The notes: generated by a model not told the origin, from the letters alone. Positions 27,518 to 43,555 are shown, numbered from the stretch's first letter. The stretch is DNA of 64,000 nucleotides from Chrysomallon squamiferum (GCA_012295275.1 CM022668.1:16492001-16556000), one strand, 5' to 3'. Program-made: numbers and translations.

Positions 27518-28821
27518 GTTGATGTTTTTTTAATCAGACTTATAATTAAGACATCTTGTTTGCATCATGGTGAATTGTAGGCACAAAGACAGAGCTGTGA
27601 TCGATGTTAGATACATATATAAATGTTTGTCTTTATTTGCATAATATTACGCTCGGATACGTAACAAAAATCAATTTAAAGAGACGCGCTGATTTCGAAA
27701 AACACCTGCGTGTTTTTACTTTTCCAACACGTAGGTAATCACAGAATGCGTGTTTTGTTTCTGTGTTCATCTGCGAGGGAGCAAATATCACCACAAAGGA
27801 GTAAATCCGTCTCACTGACAACAGCACCGTCGAGTCAGTCATTTTAAACACCCTCCCTCACCACGCACACAGCGTAATTCACGTGTACAGCACTAGAAAC
27901 AAACCGCATGACGTCACAAATCCTTTATTCACGCTAAACTGCCAGTTTCGCCCAAGACCACTCGTTAATCCATTCCTAAGAGTGGAATAAAAATCTCGTC
28001 GCAGCAGAGCGAGAGAACAGAGTCTGGTTGTTCTCGTCAAGACAATTCTGTTTATGTATTAAGAAAACGAAAAGACACGAAGAAAACGTGGGGGAACAAA
28101 ATCGAGAGTCCAGACGGACCACTGTTTCAGTGTGGAAGGATTCCTTGTTACCAGGTTTCCATCAGATGTCGATCGCTTACTAAGAATATCGCTCAATATT
28201 GTGAACGGTGCTGGTCCAAGTAACCATGCCAGATAGTCTGAATGGATTATTGACCGCCTCGCCAGAAGACGAAAATAAGAAAAATGAGGCGAGAACTTAC
28301 AAAACACGGACGTGACCGCGTCGTTGCAGAGGCCAGGCAACAATTAGCGACGAGACGACTCTGTGATGGCATGTCTCTGCTACAACGACGGCAAAGGTCC
28401 AAATGGATCTGTACTCATTAATAAAGCAGTGGAGCTTGCACATTTTTCTTTTACTCTGCTGATAAATTTTTCACGGCGCCACATCTTAATGTGCATGTCA
28501 TGTTGAAATTTGTTTTGTGCGAACTAAATGAGCGTGTTCGAGCGTAATGTGCTTTAGTAAAACAGGCAGTTAAAACACATGAAGGGCAAATCGATGTCTT
28601 CACTTGCAACGTTAGCCTCAATTAGACGTTAGATGACACAATTTTTCAGCCTCGCTTTGACAAAGAGTGATGCGTCGATAAAAACAATGTCACAGTCAGT
28701 TTAGTGCGCTACAATATCGCCTTGCTCTTTTCTTCAAGCCGAACACGCAAAGGTCAGTTTACTGGAGCAAAATACGAAATGAACAACCTGCTTTATAACT
28801 TCATCATCATCATCATCATCA

Positions 28822-28876
<55 letters not shown>

Positions 28877-28883
28877 TATTATT

Positions 28884-28926
<43 letters not shown>

Positions 28927-30149
28927 TTATTGTTATTATTTTGGATTGTTATGATGGCCATAGCATCATCATTATCATCTTTACTACAATTTTTTTGTTT
29001 GTTTCATGTTGTTACTATCATTGTTATTACCATTATTCGATTTTTTAACATAACATTGTTACTAAGCTTTTGAAGGATTAATTGTATTGAACTTCGTATT
29101 TTCGTATACAAACGAACGTTACACAAAACAACGTTCGTCCCTAAATTTACAAAAATCGATAATTTTCTTGACTTATCGATTATTTCATCGTATCTGACCT
29201 TCGCTCTAGCTTTCTTTACATCTTTCTCAATTCCACGTCACAGATCTGAGACTTTTCAAACATGAAGCTTCAGGTTCATTACGACTAGCATGTAAACAAG
29301 TCTGTCTTACCAGTATGTCATATACATTTAATATTCTATGTATGTGTGTATGTATGTATGTATGTATATGTGTGTATGTATGTGTGTATGTATGTGTGTG
29401 TATATATAAATATGTATGTATGTATGTGTGTTTGTATGTATGTATGTATATATGTATATCAGTACGTGGGTGTGTGTATGTCTGTATATGTATATATGTA
29501 TGTATGTATGTAAATATTTAAGTATATAATGTATGTCTGTGTGTGTGTGTGTGTAAATATATAAATTACAGCTATAATTTATATATACTGAATAACAATT
29601 ATTGATATAACAAAACAATTCCAGTCATTCAATTCACACACACAGATAATAATAATGAATGAATGAATAAATAAATAAACAAATGTAAAACAACAAAAAC
29701 ACTATTTTAAGAAGATATATATATATATATATATCTTGTACTCGGAACGTAGTAAAATTATAAAACACACATTTAAAAATTGTTCTGTTTTCTCTAATGT
29801 GTAGTTTTCTAAGGAATGTTGTACCAGTCAGAGTGGTTTGAATAACGGAGAGTTATTTCTGTGTACAGTTCAGACTCGTGCACAACCTAACAGATGTTAA
29901 CATTTACATCATTAGACTGGAATTCATTTTAGAAAAATCACTTCCTCTTAAAAGATTTGCTAAAAACTAAAAAATGCCTGACCCAGTAAAAAGTAAAATA
30001 AAAAAAAAATAAAAAAAAAAAAAAATAAAACTAAATAAGTAATAAATTAAACGCATAATAATAGTAGTAGTAGTGAAAGTAATCATAATAGTAAAGATAA
30101 TAATAATTATAATTCACAATATATATATAAACAGTCAGGTCTGTCTGTG

Positions 30150-30243
<94 letters not shown>

Positions 30244-30722
30244 ATTTCTTTGCATTAATTCATAACTCTGTATATTAATAAATAATGTTGCAGGTTATCA
30301 CGTGTTATATAAATCTCTATATTTTATTACAGAATTATCGTCCGATGTAAAATGACGTACTGAACTTGATAACATTTTGCCCTAGACACTAATACATTTA
30401 CTTTTATTAAAAACTGCACTAAAATACACAACTCATCCATTACGGTTCCTGTCGCGGAAAAAAACATAACATAAATTTTTTATTTCGATGTATGGTAAGA
30501 TATTGTATTTGAGTTCTGCTTTGAATTTGTGTATATATGATATTTGTGAATATACGTGCATGCGTACTAAAATATGCATGTCTGTGTATGTATATGCGCA
30601 TACAGAAACCCACAGATACACAAAAATAATAGATACGTATATACACACATTCACATATACACACACACAAACACACACACAAACCTGTGTGTGTATGTAT
30701 ATGTATATCTATATCTATCTAT

Positions 30723-30952
30723 TGATTTGAGATCTGTATTTACGTCTGTGTTAGACTTTACTGATTTGAGATCTGTATTTACGTCTGTGTTAGACTTTAC
30801 TGATATGAGATCTGTATTTACGTCCGTGTTAAACTGTAGTGATTTGAGATCTGTATTTACGTCTGTGTCAGACTGTAGTGATTTGAGATCTGTATTTACG
30901 TCTGTGTTAGACTGTAGTGATTTGAGATCTGTATTTACGTCTGTGTTGGACT
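30723..30952. repeat. 39-bp minisatellite, 6 copies
   Basis: Unit gatttgagatctgtatttacgtctgtgttagact(ttact/gtagt). Confidence 0.95.
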
Positions 30953-31333
30953 AACACCTCAGCTTGAGCCCGGAGACTACGAAGAGAAACAAAATGATTG
31001 TAACTGGCAAGTGACAGCAAAGTCTGTCGCCTCACAGAGAAATTCTTTTGTTAAGTAAATTTAATTTTCTAACATCAACATCACTGGGTGAGGGTGTCTT
31101 TACAACAACGACATCTCGATGATGTGTGGAGATGTGGAATGTTTTGTTGTATCCTGTAATCGTGTTAGCTTTGTGTACGTGCGCATGTTGGTCACAGGCT
31201 CCTGGTAAGCATTGGTAATTAAGGAAAGTAATATTTTATATCATGATTTATTAGATTATAAAATAATATTCTGATGGTAATCATTTTTGCTAGACAAGAA
31301 GTAGGTGTGTGTGTGTGTGTGTGTGTATACAAA

Positions 31334-31450
<117 letters not shown>

Positions 31451-34400
31451 TAGATACATATATAAATACATAAACATATAAAAAACCAGAAAGATAGAGA
31501 AAGAAACAAGAAAAAAAAAACAAATAAATAAATACTGAATTTACTGCAGGATTCAATACATGAAGTCTTCGCCGATATTGAATGTGTATGTATGTCTGAA
31601 TATTTCTGTATATGTGAGTATGTGTATATGTATATGTGTATGTATGTATATGTATGTGTGTATGTATAAGTATGTGTGTGTATGTGTGTGTATATGTGTG
31701 TGTATGTATGTATGCAATTATTGCTTTGAGCCAACGTCAAAAGGAAACTAATGAATTAAAGCGAGTCGCTCAGTCATTATGAAACATTCACTGCTCTGAA
31801 TCACGTTATAGTTTATAATGTGTCTCGTATTTGGACACACACATTAATCCGTCCATGTTCCATTCCGTCTCTTCTCTCTTTACGCCTGTCTCTGATGGTA
31901 TCACGACGGTAAACGCGGCAGGCTCAATACGCGCCATTATCTCACTCGAACTACATGTTCCTCGAGTCGTTTATCAAAGACTTTCCAAAAGTATTCATCA
32001 GAAATCATTGCTCGTGTTATTAAAGAAAGCTCGTCACGTGACGAGGTGAGTGCACAAACATATTTACGTATTAGAAGCCAGTGTGATTTTGCGGGAGGGT
32101 CTGTGACTTGGATGGGTGGGTGTTGTCGATAAGATTTATATGGGTGTATAGTGTTCTTGTTTAATTATCTTTAATTATCATCATCATCATCATCATCATC
32201 TTCACTGTGTTTTTCTTGTTTGGATGAGGTTGTAATGATTATTATTACTACTTTACTAATACTACTGCAGCTACTGCTATTACTGTTACTACTACTACTA
32301 CTTCTACTGCTGCTGCTACTACTACTACTAACAGCACTTACAATTATTGTTGTTGTTTTTTGTGGGGGGTTTTTTGGTTTTATTTTTGTGTTGTTGTTGC
32401 TGCTGTTGTTGTAGTTATCATAAATAAAAATCAGACACAATTATTGACTAAATGATATAAATTAACAATACGGATACTAAAAACATAAAGTTAAATAATT
32501 GTGTGACATCAATATTTTATATTAACGTATCGCAGTAGTGGGTTAGTTTATAACTGACACATAAAACAGAACACGTCACAATACACGTGTGAAGTGTGGA
32601 AAACATCACTGCAGTAATTCAATAGAACCAAACAGCAGTTTGAATAATTCAGTAGAATCAAAAATAATACTTTCAATACTCAGCTCATTACTGTATGAAT
32701 TAATAAACATATCTGGCGGTTCTCACAGTGTCAGTTCAATGCACTGTTCATACAATCAAAGATTCTATTCTCATAAGACAGATTTACGTTACAGCTTGTG
32801 TGCATTTGTTAGAGGTGCGTGAAATAATAGAAAGCGGTCAATGGATAAAATAAACAAAAAGAAAAAAACAATGTCTTACATCCCGCATCTGTAGCTTTTT
32901 GTCTTTCCATGTTGAAAACTCTGTCATAAAAAGTGGTGATCTGATGTTTTTTTCTTTTTCTGTTTTTCTTGAGATTTCATAATCATAGAAGAGTATGACG
33001 ACAAGTTACAGTTTTAAGTTAAACAAAATCTGAAACAAACTTCCTTTCTTTAATTTATATTTCTGACGTAGCATTAAATCATCATTATCATGATCATCAT
33101 CATTTTATAGGATAACTATGGTGATGTTAGTAATGATGCTGGTTGTGATGATCATGATGATTACAATGATAGAAAAAAGAAATAGGATGGATGGATGGAT
33201 GGATGGATAGATAAATAGATAGTAGATATAGTCAGACAGACAGATAAATAGATAGATAAACAGATAGAAACAGAAATAGAAATGAAAAAATATATAAATA
33301 TATATATATATAAATAGTAGTACTCTAAATGTTATATTACAACAACAAATTCTTGTATACAAGTTTAAGATTTGACTTTTTTGAATATTGGATATTTAGT
33401 TTCTATTAAAAGAAGTTTGGATACTAATTCTACAAAAATCACACACAATTATTGACTAAATGATATAAATTAACAATACGGATACTAAAACATAAAATTA
33501 AATAATTGTGTGACATCAATATTTTATATTAACGTATCGCACGCAGTGATTCATGCTAAGGGATTAAAGCTTCATCCTATCAGTGTAGGTTACAGTTTGT
33601 TTGTGTATACAAGCAGTCTCTCGATATGAAATATTTACACGGCTGGGTTAGAGTGAAAAACAAACTGATGTAGATAAATCCCCGCGACAACAAGGGCGTC
33701 ACGACGACAGAACGACTCGGTTAATAATTTACAACTTTCCTTACTGATAATGGGAAGGCTGTTTGGGATCGATGACAGATCTCTGTCTGTATATCCGCTA
33801 TTGATCTGGCCTCTCTGCTAGCAGATGTAAGAAAACATGTCTTTGTTCATCATTTTTATTCCACATTTGTCCGTGAACCAAGATCTGCTGAATGAAAAAA
33901 AGCCGAGGAGGAATTTACGTAGATAAGTAACTTCCTGTGTGGACCAAAAAGATCTGCTGAACGCGGAAGAATTTGTTGAGAAAACGAGGACCAAAAGCGG
34001 TTTGATGCGTTATACCTAGATCATTATTCCAGATGTAATTTTATTAAAATATGGAAAGACAAAAATATGGCTATGGATAATTGATTTTGACATCGAGATC
34101 GCTAATCGTGGATGAATTTACTGAAATATATAAAGAAAAACACGGTTATAGCGCGCTTAGTCACCAATACCAAGATGCGTTCAAGGTTGCGCACCCAAGG
34201 GAGGAATTTACTAAAATATGGAAAGAAAAACACGGACGATGGGACATTAATTCAATCCGTGATACCCAGATCAGCTGAACGTTGCGCACCCCAGGGAGGA
34301 ATTTACCAAAATATGGAAAGACAAACGTGGACTCTGGGACGCAATTAGATATCGTAAAATGTTGTCTTCTGGACTCTATCTTATCACTGAATTAATGAAT

Positions 34401-35159
34401 CAGACGTCAACCATGTCAGAGTCGTTTAATGTCTAACGATTCGCGTTTATTTATTTAACATGTTACAAAGTGAAGCGGTCCTCAAACTGAATCAATAATA
34501 ATAGATTTTGTTTCTATTTCCGTACTGACAACAGCCACATAACTAAATCTGAATTAGTTACGTTGATTTAAATGACGTTCCCTATCATATATAGTTTTGT
34601 AGTTTTTCTGATGTTTTTGTAGTGTTAAGTATTCGAGATTCAATACACCTAAATACATTAGTTTTCAGCTTTCCATAATACTATGATTAAATGTATTCGT
34701 TATTATTATTATTATTATTATTATTATTGAAGTAGTAGTAGTTTTTAAAAATAGTACGTGTTTGCTGCCAGACAATGGGGATGGGATTAACGTTAATAAA
34801 GTAAAATTAATGACAATTATCTGAGAAGAGTTTGATTTTCTCTAAGTGTTGACCTCGCCGTTCCAAGTCCCACTGAGTCGAGGTAACGTCGTTTGTCGAC
34901 TAAAACGTGATATAATTTCAACTGACAGCAGGTTCGATCGGCACACTTACATCAGCTCAATTTGGGTTTGTTTTACAAAGGCTGCTCTATTGATGAGTGG
35001 ACATCTCGCGGCCGATATTGGACTGGACACCTGCTATGTACAGATATCGATCTTTTAACACAGCGCGTCACATCGACCGCCATAAACCTAATAAATCTTC
35101 ATTTTCATCATAGCTTGAACACTTCTTATTCGATTACTTCATAAGGCCCTTCCTTTCAC

Positions 35160-35332
35160 CCAAGATGGATACAGTTGATGGTACAAGCGGAGGCTAAAGC
35201 CAAAGGCTTTGGAGCGGATGAATCGTTGGCTGGTTCAAAAGTGCAGTCTGCGAGTGATCTCCCTTTGTACGATCGTCCATAAAGCTTCTTCCAATTGAAT
35301 ATTAGCCTGAGACGAACAGCACGACTGCCCAT
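35160..35332 (-). CDS. Candidate innexin alternative first coding exon D (58 aa, MGSRAVRLRLIFNWKK...CIHLG)
   Basis: acaATGG context, 57 codons + GG|GTGAAA (phase 2, weak donor). A stronger AT|GTAAGT donor lies 209 nt downstream (exon end 34951) and would give a split ATG start instead. Confidence 0.45.
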
Positions 35333-36322
35333 TGTCGGCTGAAATAGTCCGCCATTAGCCTCCACTTCCGCACGTCTCCTAATGCTTTAGCCATTTGGAA
35401 CCGTAACATTTTCGCTGTTATTGTTTTTATTTGTCTCCAGGGAAAATGTAAAAGCTGTTCGTAGGGGAAAGAGATGTTTCAGGCATTTTGGAGTAAGGGG
35501 GGGGGTGACATTTCAGAATTTGCATAACAAACGTTAGTAGGGTGGACATTCTTAATATTCACGACTTTTGTGTAAATATAGCTTTATATTTATATTTAAC
35601 TGACCATAAGTTATCTGTAAAAGTAGTTTTTATTATTTTTTTAACATAAAATGAATATTTAGTATCGACAAGAAAATTGTGATTAGATTTAAAAAATAAC
35701 AAGACAACAACCAAAAATTCAAAAAAATATATATATATATATATATATATGGATAAAAAAAGAATGAAGGCAGAAAGAAAGAATGAAAAAGAGAAAACGA
35801 AATATAACCTTAGTGTAATGTCACAGTTTGATTGAAACACATTTACACTTTATAGCACATTTACAAAACAAGAAAGAACTTTATTTTCGGAAATGTTCCT
35901 CCTTTGTAATTAAACATTTACGTCTTCCTTCATCTAGATTTGCGTTCTTTTTTTAAATATTGCAATGATCAAAGAGATACTGAGAATAATTTATATCCAA
36001 AATAAACGTAATTATTCACCGTAGTGATTACCAGGAGAGTTATCTAAGGGAAATAACTCGACAAAGCATTAAAGCCATTTATTAAACTGATGTTCCAATA
36101 AATCCAATAAATACTACACTAAGCCCATAAACGTCTGCGTCTAAAAAAAAAATCCTTTGATTTGAGTGCAACAGTTGATTGACTTCCAATCTGTAAAGAA
36201 CATCATTTTTCAGAAATAACGTAGAACATTGTGCATTGATTTGTCGAACATCAAAGAAGAGAGAAATAAACGAAGATGAATTTTGCGCGCTGTGTGATGA
36301 CTTGATACGCTGGCGTCTGAGG

Positions 36323-36668
36323 TACAGTTCTTGAGTGTGGTATGTTACAGTTCTTGAGTGTCGTCTGTTACAGTTCTTGAGTGTCGTCTGTTACAGTTCT
36401 TGAGTGTGGTATGTTACAGTTCTTGAGTGTCGTCTGTTACAGTTCTTGAGTGTCGTCTGTTACAGTTCTCGAGTGTCGTCTGTTACAGTTCTCGAGTGTC
36501 GTCTGTTACAGTTCTCGAGTGTCGTCTGTTACAGTTCTTGAGTGCCGTCTGTTACAGTTCTCGAGTGTCGTCTGTTACAGTTCTTGAGTGTCGTCTGTTA
36601 CAGTTCTTGAGTGTCGTCTGTTATAGTTCTTGAGTGTCGTCTGTTACAGTTCTTGTGTCGTCTGTTAC
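36323..36668. repeat. 23-bp minisatellite, about 15 copies
   Basis: Unit gttacagttct(t/c)gagtgtcgtct. Confidence 0.95.
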
Positions 36669-37197
36669 CGTTGTCGTGAAGTCATAGTTATGAAATGATA
36701 CTTGTTACAGTCATTATGAAGTTATCACGTGGAAAATGTTAGTTATTGTGAAGTTAACTTTCAAGTGACAGTTGCTACAAGGACAGCTATTTTCAGATTG
36801 TGAACAAAAAAAAAAAAAAAAAATAAATAAATAAATAAAAAATAGAAAAAGAAACAAAAACAATAAAATAAATAACCAAACAAATAAACAAACAAACAAA
36901 CAAATAAATAAATAAATAAATCAATTAAAAAAAAAAATCATAATAATTTTTTTTTTTTTAAATTTAAAAATCCTGAAAAATCCTGAGACTGTTCACTACC
37001 ATGATTTATAACATAAAAGTCCTCTCAGAATTTCCGATTAATTGATAAACACCATTTTACTTAATATCTGTCAAATAAGATTTCAGTTTCACAAAGATTT
37101 AGTTTACAGGATATTTATATATGTTATTCTGTTTACCCATAATCATCATCATTATCATCATCAGCAGCAACATCATCATCTTATTTCTTTCTTCTGC

Positions 37198-37239
<42 letters not shown>

Positions 37240-40200
37240 GGCTATTGTTAGTGTTGTTGTTGTTGTTGTCGATGTTGTTGTTAACGTAGAAGCCCCTGTA
37301 TTTTGTCCTACAAACATCTCCAACAAAACCAGAATGCCATTTTCCTCCCGTTCGCTTTTTAATCATCCTAATTGGGAAGCTTTTATTGTACTGCAATTTT
37401 ATTTTATCACCAACAGATGACTTATTTTTTAATTAAGTGAGTTACCACTACAAGCAGGGATGTTAGGCTGGAGCGGAGTAAGATAATAACAGCGGTGCTC
37501 TGAGGAAATCAATGACAAAGTTAATTTAGGTAAATGTTTGAGGTTCTCCAGAGACGTCGTCTTGCTACGTTTACTACTACATACCACTGTCCTTTAGTGT
37601 CGCTGTCATCATCATCATCATCCACGTAATTATCATATCGCTAATGATGATGAGCATCACCGCCATTATTATTATTATTGTTGTTGTTGTTGTTGTTGTT
37701 GTTGTTTTTGTTGTTATTGGATATGGTTGTGGTGATATTGGCGCTGATGTTGTTATTGGTGTTGTTGTTGTTGCTGATATTGTTACTGCTATTCTTTCAT
37801 CAACTAAACAGGACAAATATTAAACATAATTCCACTGATAAATCTTCAAGTAAAGAAGCTACAGTGATACTTAATATCATACTGTAAAAAGTAATATCAC
37901 TGTCACGGCTACTTGTATTATTACCGTTAAAGTAAAAAACTCTACTGTCATTCAGTTACTGCCACAAGTAATATTATTACTGTTACTTCTATTGATATTG
38001 CAACCACTTTATATTTTAATATTGCTGATACCGCTTCAGATATCAATATTATTATTATTACTGCTACTATTACTGTAGATATTGCTTGAACTGTTATACT
38101 GCTGTTAATGTTATGGCTCAAACTATCATCGTCGCGATTGCAGTTATTACTTTTATTGTCAGAACTGTCAGTGTTACTATTACTACTATTAATATAACTA
38201 AACTATCATTGTTACAATTAATGCTAATACTACTACTGATATTGCCAGAACTATCATTGCTGCTGTTACTACTATTACTTCTATATAATTTTAATAAACT
38301 ATCATTGTTACATTGCGGCTATTACTACCACTGATATTACTAGAACTATCGTTGTTACTATTACTACTATTGATATTACTCAGTCTATCATTGTTGTTAT
38401 CACTATTATTGTTCTGTTAATAGTTACTTCTACAACACTTTGACTATTACTGCTGCTAGAACTGCCCCAGTTACTGCAGACTGGCAGTTAGTAATGCACA
38501 GTGCAGTTGGTTGTAATTTGTACAAACTGACGTGTTATTATTAATCAGCGGATGTCCAAATGAGATTTAGTCAATAATTTATTAATGGCTGGATAGACAG
38601 TTTTAATTGAAACACAGAAATAAATGATAGGTTAATAGCCTGCCAGAAACATTATCAGAAAACAGTTAAAACAGTTAATCTAGATTCAGTTATAAGAAAA
38701 ATTGTCCTTGTTAATATAAATATTTAATGATTAACGCTATCATAATCACTGTTATTACTATCATCATCATAAAATTACTACTACTACTACTACTACTTTG
38801 CTGCTGCTGCTGCTACTACTACCATTATTATTTCTTCTGCTTATAAAACCATCCACATTCGGCACATTCTACTCTGAATCAATAGGAAGAATCAAAAGTA
38901 GATATTCATAAAAGAAAATTACGTTTATATTTTCTACCTTTTGTCTGATACAGCAAACATCGGACATGGTTTTCTTATCACGCGAGAGTTCTGTGTCTAA
39001 TAATGAATGTTCGTGACTTGCTGAATGAAATCTCCTCTGTAAGCTGTGTCATTAGGTCGGGATGGACCAGAAGCAAACGAGTTGGATGTAAACACGACAC
39101 AGTCAATGGCTGATTCTCTCTAAATACGTTTTAATCAGTTGTAGCTAAGCCGACTGACTTAAGCCTGACAGGTACCGGATTTAAATCACGTAATTTGCTG
39201 TTTAGAGATAATTTAGAAGGTAAAAACTATTGTACTGTCTTTTTTCTTTAACGAAATCTATAAAATGGTAAATATATTTTGGCGGATATCATGCTAGAAA
39301 AACCTTTCTTGTAAAATCTTTGAACAGTTAACTGTATTACGTGGACATCTTTGTCATACACCGTGTTAAAGAGGTGCCATGTCTGCAAAGACAATCTTCA
39401 CGGTAATAATTATATATCAAGCATAACACTGGTCATACATTTGTTTATACATTTACATTGCAGGTATATATTACCACTATTACAAAGTCATAAAAATATT
39501 TGAAATATCTAAAGTATGAGAGAAACATTTCAGATGATCTAATACGAGTGCTGAAACATTCTAAACTCTCTAACAGATGAGAACCAGTCTAAAGAAACAA
39601 ACATTGAAGACAAATACTTTTAGTCAGTGTTTCTTCTTAAAACGTCAAAGACTAAATTAAAAATAATGTAAAGAACGATTTCAATTTTATAAAATAAAAA
39701 CAAATAAAAAATAAAAAAGAGCAAGCCTTATTTCTGCAACGAGAAAATCAAAGTTATATGATTCCAAAGTAATCTGTTAGGACACACACACAGCATATAT
39801 ATCTATATCTATATATATATATTTGCAGACAATTCTATGATAATTTTTCTGAATATCAATAATTGCCCATATTTAATTATCAGGATTGTTCGTACATAAA
39901 ACTATTTTGGTGTCTGTCTATTTTCTAACATAGCACTTGTCTGCGGGGTGAGTCAATATGATTTAATCCCCGGGACCGTGTTACATGATGTTGGTGATAC
40001 AAGAGGATGTAAAACGTATATTAATAGCAACGAGACGTCAGACTTGGTAAACACAAACTTATCCCAGTTCTAATCACACGCGATACAACGCTAACTTCAA
40101 TCGATCTTAAGACAGCACTTTGAAAATCAATTTGACTAAAAGTGAAAAATATCTTAACATGTTGAAAAGTCAATAACAGACAAGCTCGTGCCAGGTTCCG

Positions 40201-40470
40201 TGCATTGGGAACTTTTTTCTGTGAAGCAAACACGTTCAGCGAAACAGCCGAGTTTGCCTTAAGTCCAAATCAATGTTCGTTTAAACACTTTAAAAGGTAA
40301 ACGCTGCAAAAAATGCGCAAGTTTCTAACTGCCGCTTTAGAAGAAATCGAACGCTTGGAAATTTGACAAAACACAGGCGGGTGTCGAATATATGAAAACG
40401 TTCACATGGACGGAAATTAAGATAATAGTTTTTTTCTTTTATTTCCTCTTTTCCTTTCTTTCTTTCTTTC

Positions 40471-40509
<39 letters not shown>

Positions 40510-40599
40510 GTGTGAAAGAAAGACAGTGCCAAAAAATCAAACAGAATGAGAGGTAATATTAGTTATTATTATCAATTCACAGTTATGAAATTAATTTCA

Positions 40600-40666
<67 letters not shown>

Positions 40667-41559
40667 AGTGAAACACAAACTGTTGCCTGTCCTAGACACA
40701 CAACTGAAAGAGAAAAACGAACAAGAAAAAGCACACATTTGAAAGATCATATGTACTGAAAAAAGAAGACCCTCTCTCCCACCCAAACAACAACAATTTT
40801 ACCATAAACAGCACTGAATATAGAATAATTATATAAACTGAAGACGTAATACCTGTATGGCAGTTCTAACAAGGACGTTCGTTTTCTTTTTTCTTTTGTT
40901 TTTTCTCTCGACCTACTTTGTAAACAATTTAATAAATGATGTCTCGTTTATGACGTCAATACAATTACGACCATGCATTATGACGTAAGAGCCTTTATTG
41001 AAATTAAGGACTTCTCGTCCTCAATGACGTGTTTATTAAAAGCACGAGACGCCAGAAAGATTGCTGTGAAGATAAGCCTGGCTGTTACAGATAGCATTAA
41101 CAACAAGAGTCAGTGTTTAATTAACGCACGGACACTGCGCGTGTAAAGCAGTGATAAATCACAGCCGCAAATACATGTTTAATATGGAAAGACAAACCGC
41201 TAACTCTCCGCTCGCCGGAGTGGGCAATAGACGTCAGAAACGACATGATAGTCTTATTGGAAAAGCATCTCGTAAAGTTCTCTGTAATTAACGCCCGAGT
41301 CTCACTGCAGTCTCTGAAGAATTGAATGTCCAGTTATTTCCTTTTCAAGTGTGCTTTGCATTGATACGACTTGTAATAACACTTAAACATGTTTGTAGCT
41401 ATTAATTTAAATAATGAAATTGCGAGAAATATATATAAACATACGTATATGCATATATACACACACACATACCAACATACATAAATAAACATGTGCTGAA
41501 ATTTACTCTTATTTGATTTTCTTTCATCTGTTTTCTCTCTTTAAGGCTTATTCTATTTC

Positions 41560-41612
<53 letters not shown>

Positions 41613-41899
41613 TTTTTTTTTTTTTTTTTTTAAACCTTTAAAATCACTAAATAATGTTCCAAAGAAAAATCAGTTTAAGAATTCGTTAAGAGTTTTTGTA
41701 ATTACCGAATAACAATATACTGTTCTGTTTTCATTGACTAAACTAAAAACAACAACAACAACAACAAATAAATAAAATAAAATAAATAAATAAAATAAGA
41801 AAAATAATAACAATAATAAAACAAATAAATAAATAGAAAAGATGTTTCTTCTTGTTACCAGTGTAACTTAGCAAATCTATAAAAAATTAAAACAATAAC

Positions 41900-41993
<94 letters not shown>

Positions 41994-43274
41994 AAAAAAT
42001 AAATAAATAAAATAAAATAAATAAATAAATAACGTTAGAAGGAAGAAGAGAAAATAAAAGAAAAAAGAAGATTCTGAGTGAAAAATGTATCGGCAAAATC
42101 TTAAGTATTATTAGATAGCAGATGCAAAACATTACATCTGTCATTATTGTTAGCACTAGTAATAATAGTATGAACACCACTACTGCCATTACTATTACCA
42201 ATACCAATATTAGTGTTTATCGTTATTAAAAAAAGTTAAATTTTAAAAATCTTATTAAATACAACTTGCTGAATATTATTGTTTAACTTAATGTAAGTAC
42301 ATATACGTATTATAAAAAGCCACATTATAAAATACGTATTAAATGATGTTATAAAATGATATTAAATCAGATCATAAATACTTAACATATGACGTCATAA
42401 AATGCATATCAAACATTGTGAAATAATAATATTCAGCAAGTTATATTTAATAAGATTTTTAAAATTTAACTTGTTTAGACGCTCATATTACCATTTTGTT
42501 TACAAGACCTTGACATTGCTTCACAGAAACGTAATTTATTTCTGTGTTCTCTGTTTAATCGATAGTATTATTTGTTTTACTGCAACAGTCAATAGCTGTG
42601 TTTATATCTAAGTAAGCACTATACAGCAAACTGATTACTTCAACCATTACTTTGATGTTTCCTTTCTAGTTGTACATACGTATACGCTTGTACATGATAG
42701 ATAAGGAAATCAGTGAAATTCGAACAATATATATCCGTGTATCCTCGTATTTATATATGTATAATATCTCTGTCTGTATGTTGGTGTGTATGAATGTGTG
42801 TATAAGTCTATCTGTGTGTATAGTTATGAATGAGTTACATGTATTTCTATGTCTCTGTGTATAAAAAGATGACAGATACACACAGACGTGTTTCTACATC
42901 TTTCTTCTCGAACTGATGTGCTGGGAATTCACTGTTACGTCCTACAGACGTAAACTGATTAGTTAAAGTCGCCTGTCTTTCCTCGGTGTGCTTCACACCA
43001 CTGCCAGGCTGTGATGAACTAAATTAGATAAGCCAGGCGAGGTGTTAAATTAACTCCACACCCTCAACTTTCCTTACTCACAACTTTCTTATTAACCAGT
43101 ATCCGCAATTTCTCTCTAGGGATAAACGTAGATGACTTCACAGTCTCGCTTCATCATTGTTCTGTTATTTTAGAACATCTGCCGCCGAGTGAAACGACTG
43201 CGGCAACGTCTAAACGCAATTAACTGAGGTGTGCATGTGTTATGTGCGTACGCTTTTGTCTATTAGTGTATTCG

Positions 43275-43555
43275 TGTTTAGGTGTTATTCTGAATGTATG
43301 TACGTGTTATATCTCCATGTGTTATTTTGAATGTATGTACATGTTATTTTGAATGTATGTACGTGTTACAACTTTATGTTATTTTGAAGGTGTGAACGTT
43401 TTATATTTCCATGTGTTATTCTGAATGTATGTACGTGTTATATTTCCATGTGTTATTTTGGATGTCTGTACATGTTATTTTGAATGTCTGTACGTGTTAT
43501 TTTGAATGTCTGAACGTGTTATTTCTCTGTGTGTTATTCTGAATGTCTGTGTTGG
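43275..43555. repeat. Degenerate tandem repeat
   Basis: Recurrent gtgttattttgaatgtatgtac(g/a)t. Confidence 0.75.

Noticed and set aside
28301-28372. ATG-started exon with GTAAGT donor (MPSQSRLVANCC...)
   Set aside because: Phase 0, incompatible with the constant innexin exon; at most a 5' UTR exon.
29311-29327. MYMTYW micro first exon (TG|GTAAGA, phase 2)
   Set aside because: Phase fits but it abuts a microsatellite with no promoter-like context; cannot be told from chance. Similar weak cases at 44722-44732 and 60976-61007.
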